Part shown: one piece after another, positions 53,560 through 64,000 of the stretch | Numbering within the stretch: the first letter of the stretch is position 1 | Layout of the letters: each line of letters starts with the position of its first letter | From: the human T2T-CHM13v2.0 reference genome, Homo sapiens | Assembly (NCBI RefSeq): GCF_009914755.1 | Contig: NC_060942.1 | Reading direction: 5' to 3' (one strand) | Length of the DNA stretch: 64,000 nt | Translations under genes and position numbers: made by a program | The notes under the pieces: generated by a model | Database searches by the model: none | What the model was told of the DNA's origin: nothing | Seen by the model: only the letters and a program-made list of their open reading frames with translations

Positions 53560-53780
53560 AAAGTACAGCCTTTGAGGTAAAGTCTTGGTGTCTAAGTTTT
53601 TGTCTCACTAACACTAGTTAGGTGACTTGGAGATAGTAACTTACATAGGCCCTTATTCATTTGTAAAATGGGGATAATAACAGTGCTTACATTGTGGGAA
53701 ATATGAGAAATATATTTAGAAAATGAAAGAAAAGTATTTAGCATGGTGCCTGACATATAGTAGGACATTACTGTTCACTG
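53560..53780 (+). mobile_element. MIR
   Basis: CATTTGTAAAATGGGATAATAACAGT...GTGCCTGACATATAGTAGG. Confidence 0.7.
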
Positions 53781-54049
53781 CTTCTAACACTGAGAGAAAT
53801 GTGTAGACCTATGTGCTGGTAGGTCTGTATTTCATCCCTTAAGAGCAGAAAGGAACGAAATTCCAACCAAAGAACTGCTTCTCTTCCAGGCAAATGCTTA
53901 AAGCTAACCACAAAAGGCCCTTTTTGAGTAGCAAATTATTAAGAAAAGGCATAAGTGTTGAAAAATTATCTTGAGTTTATTTTTTTGTACTGCAGTTATA
54001 AGATATATAACTTCCCATTTGGTAGCCAATATAATATAACTGAAGTCCA

Positions 54050-54590
54050 TAAATTCATTCAATATTTATTAAGTGTCTTGGTGAGAGACACTGTTCTTGT
54101 GCTAGGGATACTGCAATGAATGCAGTGATTTATTTCTAGTCTGGTGCCTATTAAAGTTAGTATCCTCATCAAGTTTATATTCTAATATGAGAGACATATA
54201 ATACGTAAGAAAACAAAGAAGATAAATTTCATATAGTGAAGTGCTATGAAGAAGATAATAGCAGAACAATGTAGTAAATAGAGGTTTAGTGTGTGTATTT
54301 GGGAACTTTGGCCACGTGGCTAGGAAGGTCATTCTGAAGAGGAGATAATGAAACTGACATCTTGAACATAAAAATGACATTAGCCTTGGAAACATTTGGG
54401 GGAATAGCTTGCCAGGCAAGAGGAGAGCAACTAAGAAGGCTCTGAGATGGGTTTAAGTTCAGTGCATTCAAACAACAGAAGTCCATTGTGGCTGTGACAC
54501 AGGGACAATGAAGAGAAGTGGTCAGAAATGAGGTCAGAGAGGTAAGTGGGGCCCAGATAGTTACCTGCACATCACGATAAAATGTTTGGA
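54050..54590 (-). mobile_element. L2 3' fragment
   Basis: ATTCATTCAATATTTATTAAGTG...GCTAGGGATACTGCAATGAA...AATGAGGTCAGAGAGGTAAG. Confidence 0.72.
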
Positions 54591-57470
54591 CTTATTTCAA
54601 TAGGTTTTGGGGAAACAGGTGGTTTTTGGCTACATGGATAAATTCTGTGGTGGTAATTTCTTGAGATTTTGGTGCACCCATCACCTGAGCAGTGTACACT
54701 GTACCCAATGTGTAGTCTTTTATCCATCCTCCTCCTCCCACCCTTTCCCTGGAGTCCACAAAGTCCATTATATCATTCTTATGCCTTTGTGTTCTCATAG
54801 CTTAGCTTTCATTTATAGGTGAGAAAAGATGATGTTTGGTTTTCCATTCCTGAGTTACTTCACTTAGAATAATGGTCTCCAACTCCATTCAGGTTGCTGT
54901 GAATGCTATTATTTTGTTGCTTTTTATAACTGAGTAGTGTTCCATAGTTTATATATACCACATTTTCTTTATCCACTCATTGGTTCCATATAATTGCAAT
55001 TGCAAATTGTGCTCCTATAAGCATGTGTGTGCATGTGTCTTTTTCATATAATGACTTCTTTTCCTCTGGATACATACCCAGTAGTGGGGTTGCTGGATCA
55101 AATTGCAGTTCTACTCTTAGTTCTTTAAGGAATCTCCATGCTGTTTTCCATAGTGGTTGTACTGATTTACCTTCCCACCAACAGTGTAAAAGTGTTCCCT
55201 TTTCACCACATCCATGCCAAAATGTATTATTTTTTGATTTTTAAATTATGGCCATTCTTGCAGGGGTAAGATGGTATCTCACTCTGGTTTTAATTTTCAC
55301 TCCCTTGATAATTAGTGATGTTGAGCATTTTTTCATGTTTGTTGGCCATTTGTATATCTTCTTTTGAGAATTGTCTACGCATGTCCTTTGCCTACTTTTT
55401 GATGGGATTATTTGTTTTTTTCTTACTGATTTGCTTGAGTTCTTATAGATTCTGGGTATTAGTCCTTTGCTGCATGCATAGTTTGTGAATATTTTCTCCC
55501 ATTCTGTGGGTTACCTGTTTCCTCTGCCGATTATTTCTTTTACGATGCAGAAGGCTTTTAGTTTAATTAGGTCCCAACTATTTATTTTTGGTTTTGTTGC
55601 ATTTGCTTTTGAGTTCTTCGTCATGAACTCTTTGCCTAAGCCAATGTCTAGAAGAGTTTTCCCAATGTTATTTTCTAGAGTTTTTATGGTTTCAGGTCTT
55701 AGATTTAAGTCTTTGATCCATCTTGAGTACATTTTTGTAAAAGGTAAGAGATGAAGATCCAGTTTCATTCTTCTACATGTAGCTTGCCAATTATCCCAGC
55801 ACCATTTGTTGAATAGGGTGTCCTTTCCCCACTTTATGTTTTTGTTTACTTTGTTGTGGATCAGTTGGCTGTGGGTATTTGGCTTTATTTCTGGGTTCTC
55901 TATTCTGTTCCATTGATCTACGTGCCTGTTTTTATACTAGTCCCATGGTGTTTGGTAACTAGAGCCTTGTAGAATAGTTTGAAGTTGGGTAATGTGGTGC
56001 CTCCAGATTTATTCTTTTTGCTTAGTTTTGCTTTGGCTATGTGGACTGTTTTTTGGTTCCATACGAATTTTAGGATTGTTTTTTCTAGTTCTGTGAAGAA
56101 GGATGATGGGAGTTTGATGGGAATTGCATTGAATCTGTAGATTGTTTTGGCAGTAGGGTCATTTTCACAATACTGATTCTACTCATCCATGAGCATGGGA
56201 TGTGTTTCCATTTGTTTGTGTCAGTGATTTCTTTCAGCAGTGTTTTGCAGTTTCCCTTGTAGAGATCTCTCACCATCTTGCTTAGATATATTCTTAAGTA
56301 TTTCTTTTTTTGCAGTGGTTGAAAAAGGGGTTGAATTCTTTATTTCATTCTCAGCTTGGTCACTGTTGCTGCATAGCAGTGCTACTGATTTGTGTACACT
56401 GACTTTATCCTGAAACTTTATTCACTTATCAGATCTAGGAACTTTTTGGATGAGTCATTAGGGTTTTATAGGTATACAATCATATCACTGATCAACAGTG
56501 ACAGTCTGTCTTCCTCTTTACCCATCTGCATGATTGCTCTGGCTAGGACTTCCAGTACTATGTTGAATAGAAGTGGTGAAAATGGGCATCCTTTTCCCGT
56601 TCCAGTTTTTAGGAGGAATGCTTTCAACTTTTCCCTGTTCAGCATAATGTTGGCTGTGGGTTTGTTATAGATGGCTTTTACTTCTTTGAGGTAAGTTCCT
56701 TCTATGCCTATTTTGTTGAGGGTTTTAGTCAAAAAGAGATGCTGGATTTTGTCCAGTGCTTTTTCTGCATCTATTGAGATGATCAAAATTTTTGTTTTTA
56801 ATTTTGGTTATGTGATCTATCACATTTATTGACTTGGGTATGTTAAACCATCCCCACATCCTGGGTATGAAATGCATTTGATCATGGTATATATTATCTT
56901 TTTGATATACTGTTGGATTAGGTTAGCTAGTATTTTGTTGAGGATTTTTGCATTTGTGTTAATCAGGGATATTGGTCCGTTTTTTTTTTTTTTTTTTTTT
57001 TAATGTCCTTTACTGGTTTTGTTATTAGGGTGATACTGGCCTCATAGAATGGAGGATTCCTTCTTTCTCTATCTTTTGGAATAGTTTCAGTAAGATCATA
57101 CCAATTTTCTTTGAATGTCTGATAAAATTCAGCTGTGAATCCATCTCGTTCTGGACTTTTTTGTTGGCAATTTAAAAAATTATTGTTTCAATCTTGCTAC
57201 TTGTTTTTGTTTTTTTTTTTCAGATTTTCTATTTCTTCCTGATTTAATCTAGGAGGGTTGTATTTTTTCCCAGAATTTATCGATCTCCTCTAGATTTTCT
57301 AGCTTGTGCATGTAAACGTGTTCACAGTAGCCCTGAATGATCTTTTTGTATTTCTGTGGTATTGGCTGTAATATCTCCCATTTCATTGCTAATTGAGTTT
57401 ATTTGGATCTTCTCTCCTTTTCTTGGTTAATCTTACTAATGGTCTGCCATTTTTTTCTTTTCAAAGAACT
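54590..57470 (-). mobile_element. 5'-truncated L1PB-like element
   Basis: L1PB-type 3' UTR; ORF2 remnants 55511-55768, 56085-56276, 56466-56786 ([16 protein letters not shown]...[17 protein letters not shown]). Confidence 0.92.
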
Positions 57471-57494
57471 AGCCTGTGGTCCCAGCTACTTGAG

Positions 57495-57730
57495 AATCTT
57501 GCCAACAACAATGTGAGTGAGTTTGGAGCATAGCCTCCTTCAGTTGAGTCTTCAGATGAGACCTAAGCCCTGTTGACACCTTGATTACAGCCTTGTGGAT
57601 TCCTTGAGGCAGAGGCACCTAGCAAAGCTGTTCCTGGATTCCTAATCCAGAGAAGCCATAAGATAATAAATGTTTAAGTAGCTAAGTTATGGGATAATTT
57701 GTTGTGCACCAATAAATACCTAGTATACAG
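57495..57730 (+). mobile_element. MLT1 LTR 3' fragment
   Basis: GCCAACAACAATGTGAGTGAG...GACACCTTGATTACAGCCTTGTG...AAGATAATAAATG. Confidence 0.65.
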
Positions 57731-58466
57731 TGCATATAAATTTCACTCAAACTGTGAGTGCAAAAAGTACCAATTGTTTAGTTTTGCATGTAAGAGTAAA
57801 ATATCTCTGATGAAAATTTCCAGTAAAGCTTTAGAACAGCTTAACAGAACCTATTCTTTGGCTCTAGGCATTTGTATAGCACTCTCTAAATAAATACTCA
57901 ATAATTACTTGTAGACTAAATAAATAACTTCCAAGCTTTTAAAAAATGCCAAGGTTGCTGTCTACACTGGTCTGATCTGTAAGATACCAAAAAGCCAAAT
58001 TATCCAAAAGTTAATTCCCCTAGTGTACCTAGGCTTGACCATACCCACTCCTCCCTGTTTATTTTTGAAAGTGCCTGTATTAGAACCATTATTTCAATAA
58101 GGTAGGGATTATTTTCCTGATCATTGTTAAAGTGAGTGGGAGAAAGCATATCAGCTTTGTCCAATGGTAAAAAATTGGGCTGAAATATAATATAGGTAAA
58201 TTTTATTGAAATTTTAAAAAAGCAAGAAACATAAAATGAGGTAGTTGAAAGAAGGAGTGGACTCCAAAAGAAAAGGAATTGAATAAAATTTGATGATCTG
58301 ATGGCCCTGATGTACTATCATGAGCAATAAATGAACTCTGAAAGATTAAGCTAAAAAAAGTCAATATACTTTCCCTTAGTGTACTTGTATTTGAAATAAT
58401 TTTATCCTTAAAAGTATATTTAAAAGAAGCATACAGAAAAAAATGCATATTTAAAATGAGGAAGTA

Positions 58467-58755
<289 letters not shown>

Positions 58756-59133
58756 TGAAGAAATACACTTTACTTGTTAGTGGTTCATTTAATGGACACA
58801 TGAAGGGTTTAAAATTCCATAAAATATTACTGTTAGCAAGAAAATACCAATCTGCTTTTATAGTAATTATTTCTTGAAGTGAAAATTTCCTATTTAGTGA
58901 ATTAGTAATTAGAAGAGATTTTTTATCTGATTGTCATCAGATTTGAAAATAGAAGATTAGATGGTATCTGATTGCTGTATTTTATTATTATCACATTTCT
59001 GCCTAGTGACTTAATAATTTCTATTTATTACTATAAAATAATTTATTATAGCTAATGAAGCAGCACTGAAATTCCAGATACATCAATGGCATTGAATTTA
59101 AAACAGTAATTGTAAATAGAAGATTGTACTCAC

Positions 59134-59183
59134 AGATTTCCATGGAATTTTCTAGAAGCCTTACTGGAAACAGTTATCTTTTT
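59134..59183 (-). CDS. STARD6: STARD6 coding exon 2, 50 nt
   Basis: GAG/GTGAG boundaries; KKITVSSKASRKFHGNL; phase consistent with both neighbours. Confidence 0.95.
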
Positions 59184-59304
59184 CTCAAAGGGGAATAAAA
59201 ATCCACAAATAATTAGCTGTCAAATGCAGGAAAAATGAAAATGAAAAACTAACAAAAGTAAAAACACTTTTTTTTCTGGTTTGTAAAAGAAAAAAATATA
59301 TATA

Positions 59305-59471
59305 TATATTTTTCAGAGACAGGGTCTCACTATGTTGCCCAGTCTGTAGTGTACTGGCTATTCACAGGCACAATCATGGTGCATGACAGCCTCAAACTCC
59401 TGTGCTCAAGCAGTCCTCCTGTGTTAGCCTCCTGAGTAGCTGGGACTATAGGTGCACACCACTGCACCTGG
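59305..59471 (-). mobile_element. FAM (fossil Alu monomer) in the 380-nt STARD6 intron
   Basis: Single monomer containing GGCTATTCACAGGC, retained in FAM/7SL-like monomers. Confidence 0.78.
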
Positions 59472-59563
59472 AACAGAAAATATTTTTTTAAAAAAGTCTT
59501 TACAATGAATTGTTTCTTACTTAAAAACAAAGTCTTGAAACATAATTTAACTTATTTTCTTAC

Positions 59564-59653
59564 TGAAGTTTTAACCACTTTCCAGCCTGATGTATCTCGA
59601 TTATAACCTAAAACTTCTTGGGCAGTTTGTTGGGCAATTGCCTTGAAGTCCAT
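59564..59653 (-). CDS. STARD6: STARD6 coding exon 1, 90 nt from ATG (StAR-related lipid transfer protein 6)
   Basis: [30 protein letters not shown] then GTAAG donor; six exons sum to 90+50+127+118+94+184=663 nt, 220 aa plus stop, matching recalled human STARD6. Confidence 0.96.
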
Positions 59654-59829
59654 CTATCTGCAAGTTTTAAAAACAAACAACTGGTAAGAATATAACCATA
59701 TAAAAACTTAAAAAGTGCTATCTTACATTTTAATATTATTTCTATAATGCCTGTCACATAGAAATGAACATAATTACTTGATGAATGCATGTATGCATGA
59801 ACCCCTCTCTCCTTACAGTCTTTCAAATG

Positions 59830-60065
59830 AGAAACTGTGGTATAGTGGAAAAATCTAGACTTTGAAATCAGAAACCTGGGTCATATCTTGTCTCTGCCAC
59901 CTATTGTGTGAAGCATGTTACTTAATATTTCTGTTTTTCCATTTCTCTCAAGGTAAAATTAGGATAATATATGTCTTGTAGAATTAGCGTGAGGATTAGA
60001 TGAGATGATATGCTTAAGGTTCTATCCAGTGCCTGGCATGCGATAGTCATTCAATAAATAATTTT
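59830..60065 (+). mobile_element. MIR
   Basis: GTGGTATAGTGGAAA...GTGAGGATTAGATGAGATGATATG...GTGCCTGGCATG...TCAATAAAT. Confidence 0.72.
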
Positions 60066-60456
60066 AATTTCTAACAGTTTAATCACACGTCCTTTGTCTT
60101 GTGAAGCATTATGAGCTGTTGGTTATGTGTTCTTGAGGATTATTTAAAGTGCGTAGCAGTGGCACTACACGATCTGACCCCTGGCTTCCTCTTCAAATAT
60201 ACCTCCTACCAGTCTTCTTCTTGTCCACTTAGCTCCAATCATTTGATCTCCTGGCTGTTCCTCACATACAATAAAGCAATTTCTGACTTCAGGTTCTTTG
60301 TACTTGCTGTTCCTTCTGCTTGTCACTGTCTTCTGCAATGTGTTCATATAACTGACTGTTTCATAGGTATCTTTGCTTAAATGTCACCTCCTCAGATAGG
60401 ATCAAGTTTAAATCAACTCAATTTAAACACATTGAACCCTGCTTGAAGTTAGAAAC

Positions 60457-60799
60457 TGCAATGGACTGAATGTTTATGTCTCCCTAAAATTCATATGTTG
60501 AAATCCTAACTCCCAGGGTGATATTAGGAGATGATTAGGTCATGAGGGCAAAGCCCTTATGAATGGGATTAGTGCCCTCACAAAAGAGACCCCAGGGAGC
60601 TCAATGGCCCCTTCTTCCATGTGAGGACACTGCCAGAAGTTAGCAGTCTGCAACCAGAAGAGGGCCCTCACCAGAACCTAACCATGCTGGCACCCAGATC
60701 TCAGACTTCCAGGATCCAGAACTCTGAGAAATAAATTTATTGTTTACAAGTCATTCAGTCTTTGGTAATTTCTTATGGCAGCCCAAAAGGACTGAGACA
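60457..60799 (+). mobile_element. MLT1A-like solo LTR
   Basis: TGCAATGGACTGAATGTTTATGTC start; ATGAATGGGATTAGTGCCCT; GACTGAGACA end. Confidence 0.85.
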
Positions 60800-60949
60800 G
60801 GCACTGTGGTAGATGTAGCAACAACAGTTGAGTAAGATACTAGACATAACTATTACTGCTGTGAATGAGTTCCGGAAGCTGCAGTCTCACTGGTCCTTCG
60901 GGTCATCATCCAGCTTTCAGTTAGGGGAAGCTGGCAGGTAAGGTGAAAA

Positions 60950-61160
60950 CAGAACTGGATTCAAATCCTGACTTTGTCACTTAGTACAGCTATATTATTT
61001 TGGATAAATTGCTTAACCTTTGAACTTCAACTTCCATATCTATAGAATGGGGATAATAATATCTATCTCACCGAATCATTATAAGGATTAGTTGAGTTAA
61101 TATATGTAAAAATGCTTTAAACAGTGTGGAGCCCTATACTAGGTTATCAAAATAGTTAGT
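60950..61160 (+). mobile_element. MIR
   Basis: TTCAAATCCTGACTTTGTCACTTA...TATAGAATGGGGATAATAAT. Confidence 0.7.
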
Positions 61161-61440
61161 TTCTCTTTAAAAAAATGGACACATATAAATCCATCATTTA
61201 AAAAACTCTCCAAAGATCTGCTTCCTTAAGCACTTAAATAAACCTTCTTAAAGTTTAATTATTGGAACATTTCTTCCTTAGCTCTCACTTAAAACTCTTC
61301 AGGTTGGATCATAAATCTATTTTCTCTTATTTAATTCTCCAGCAAGGCACAACAGGTAGTTGATAGTCTCTATATTTGAAAAGTTTTAGTAAACCATTAT
61401 TATAACCTCCTCTTTCCTAGCAGAGTCCTGGTTTCTTTAC

Positions 61441-61524
61441 CTTTCCTGACAGATCTAATGCAGAATTTTAGTAACTACTGGGGCTCCTCTCCAAATCCTT
61501 GTGGAAATCTCCATATCTCTTAAC
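61441..61524 (-). other. STARD6: Candidate non-coding (5' UTR) exon of STARD6, 84 nt
   Basis: Minus strand: strong acceptor TCTACTTCTGCCTTGTTTCCTCACAG|G and donor AAG|GTAAAG; the ATG exon is itself preceded by an acceptor, implying upstream exons. Confidence 0.55.
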
Positions 61525-62639
61525 CTGTGAGGAAACAAGGCAGAAGTAGAATTATTTTGATCCATGAATTAGGTCAATATATTTGATAATTTTCTTTATA
61601 TCTTCTCAGTGTCCTTTATCTATACTTTGTCTTCATTAGGAAACATTTGCTACATATATGCCCCAAGATGAAAGAAAAATATAGTACAAAAAACTTTAAA
61701 AGATACTGTTTATAAAAAGAATCTTTAAGAAACTATTTTAAAGGAACTCAGTTTAAAAAGACACTTAGGTGGAACGTGGATACAAAAATTTAAGTTTTTA
61801 AGCTTACGTCACTAACAATTAACAAGGATTGTTAATCCCCGACCAGGGCTCGTCTTAGCATATAAAACACCGTTCTTGATTTCCTATTGGAAACCTACTT
61901 GATATTAATTGATCTAGAGACTTTGAAGATTATTGGGACATACCACTAGCAGGGTATGTCTTATTTTCAAATCACCAACTATTACTGCCACAATAGACCT
62001 GTGTTTAACCACTAAACTGAACGTTATAGCTTCCGGACTTTTTCATTTGCTAAGAGAAAAGGGAAGGTAAAATTTAGTAGGCTACAAAGGGTAAAAAGAA
62101 GAAAGTGCAAACAGTAAGACTACAATTGTATTACATGGTGGTGGAACGTCGGATGAGCTGGAACATATTCAGATGGACTCATGGTCAAGGATATCTTCAC
62201 TCATAGGGTCAGTGGAAAATAAACATAAACCAACATTGGGATGGCCTCTTTTTTTGATACACCAATTGGTTGAAACTGGATTCCTTCCAGACTTACAGAC
62301 AGGTTCACACATGTTAGTGAGTCTTTACATCTGTTTGTACAATGACCCTCTTTCTGAGCTGCCTGACTGGGTCCCCAATCCGTGCGGGGTCACTGCCATT
62401 CTTCCCTGGGAATCAAGGCTTCCTAGGAGTTTGTTAAATCCCATCCCTGGCTAAACTCGGGTCTCCAATCTCCCATCTGCTTTGTGTGTGAGAGGCTCCG
62501 GGGTGTGAGAGGAAAGGCACTGAAGAGGGAGTGAAAGAAGTGGTGAGGGGGGACTGCCTACTAGCTGAGACGATATCTTATTTTTGGCGGGGGATGCTCT
62601 GGAAGCGGGGAGGCTGAACTCACTTGGAAAAACTGGAGC

Positions 62640-63750
62640 TGTGGGGCAGACTCTCAGCGACCGGAACGACAGCCGCCAGCGCCCTTAAGTCTCCCTCCCC
62701 ACCCAGTCCCCTCCCGCAGACCCCGGGGCCGGCTGAAGGGAGATCAGCAAGTCCCCGCGCAAACTGGCCGAGAATAGCTGTGACGGAGGTTGGAAGGGCG
62801 TGGGGGGCAGCGACTTGGATGCAGCCCACATCCCCCCATTCCCAGCCCCAGAAAGGAGGGAGAAACAGCACCTTCCAGCAGGGGTCGCGACCTAACGCTC
62901 AACAGCATCCTCTCTTCTCCGGCCGCTCCCTCATCTCCGCTCGCGCCCGGCGCCCCACTGCCGCGCATGCGCACCGCAGGCCGGCGCCATGTTGGGGCGG
63001 TTTGAAAGCGAGCGCGGGTGTCGAGCTCTGCTGTGACTGCGGAGGAAGCTGCGAGTGAGCCGAGCCTGAGGCGGGGCGGTGTCCGGGTTGGGGATGCTTT
63101 GTGGTGTCTCGCGTTGGGTAACAGGCCTGAGCTTTCGGCGGAGAGCTGTGGAAGTGTGCGGTTTTTGTTTTTGTTTTCCTTTATTTTTATTTTGGGGCCT
63201 TAGGGGTGAGTTAGGACGGAAAGGAGGGTGTCTTTTCGAGGGTTGTCCCATCCTGTGACAGCCGAGAAAAGGCGAAAGGAGAGTGGCGAGGAAAGAGGAG
63301 GAGACGTCTCCTGAGGGAGGGCGCTTGTGGAGTCTCTGTGGAAGGAAGAACACTGTAGGGGGAGTGCCCCCTGGGCGAGGGAGGGTCGCGGGACGCGGCG
63401 GAGGGGGCTCACACGGGCGTCTGCGGACCTGAGGCGGCGACAGGAAGGGGCTTGCGCTCTGGGGCTGTCGCTTCGGAACACTTCTCCTTCAGTCCATTGC
63501 TGCGCTCGCCCTGGCTGCTGAATAAATGGTTTCGGAGTGAAAAGCATCTCACTGAAGAACTTGTCTGTGTCTGTGACTGACGGGCGGTGGAACACCAAAG
63601 GGAGGGTGTCGCCTGATTGGGACTGGAAAAATTGGAATTCAGGGCGCCCGGGGTAGGGGAACGATGCGCACTGCTGGAGACGGGCGACCTTCGCTGGCCG
63701 GTCGGTGGGTTCCTGGTTTTCTGCTGCCGAGTAAACAAACGTTCCCTTTC
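62640..63750. promoter_or_regulatory. CpG island / probable bidirectional promoter (STARD6 on minus; divergent + strand gene, probably C18orf54)
   Basis: Sharp GC/CpG rise in non-repeat DNA; NRF1 palindrome GCGCATGCGC 62963-62972, YY1 CGCCATGTT 62985-62993, GC box, CHR TTTGAA 63001-63006, ATTGG 63616-63620. Neighbour identity from recalled gene order. Confidence 0.88.
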
Positions 63751-63853
63751 CTAACTTAGCAGTCACAGAGCTATTTCCAAGAGTTGTTCTTAATTTCCTG
63801 TGCGATATTCCCATTGGCTATTTAACACTGAACATTCTGTTTTTGAATCAAAG

Positions 63854-63950
63854 TTAGTTAAAATTTGTTGTCAATAAGTTTAACATTCTGTTCTTCCGCG
63901 TGATGGATTTTCTTTTGGAGATTCGAACTGAAGCCTGTACGGAGGAAATG
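63854..63950 (+). other. Candidate early exon of the divergent + strand gene (probably C18orf54)
   Basis: Strong donor ATG|GTAAGA at 63950/63951; acceptor uncertain (AAG at 63851-63853 is one of several options). Confidence 0.4.
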
Positions 63951-64000
63951 GTAAGATATATGGGATTTGCATGAGATATGTGGGGTTCAAAATAATCCTG

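Noticed and set aside
62620-63814. ORFs of 140-204 aa in the CpG island
   Set aside because: Expected by chance in GC-rich DNA; most use non-ATG starts and none resembles a protein I recognise.

Overview
Human (primate) genomic DNA, AT-rich and dense in repeats. It contains the complete 663-nt coding sequence of STARD6 on the minus strand in six GT-AG coding exons between 59653 and 29770 (220 aa START-domain protein). A CpG-island promoter at about 62.6-63.7 kb carries NRF1, YY1 and CHR motifs and probably drives STARD6 leftward and a divergent + strand gene rightward. From recalled 18q21.2 gene order, that gene is C18orf54 and the left edge is probably POLI 3' UTR; neither is proven by coding sequence here. 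The rest is mostly transposable elements: a near full-length L1PA, older L1s, a full-length young SVA nested in an old L1 in a STARD6 intron, about 18 Alu pieces, MaLR/ERV LTRs, DNA-transposon MITEs, MIR and L2. I found no evidence of a new multi-gene biological system. The best second-look items are a ~2 kb inversion inferred from a split MER47/L1, several template-switch micro-rearrangements, a candidate STARD6 5' UTR exon with a uORF plus a tandem acceptor that changes the start context, an intronic ZNF143-type motif, and the SVA. Repeat subfamily calls are from recognition of consensus sequences, not alignment.
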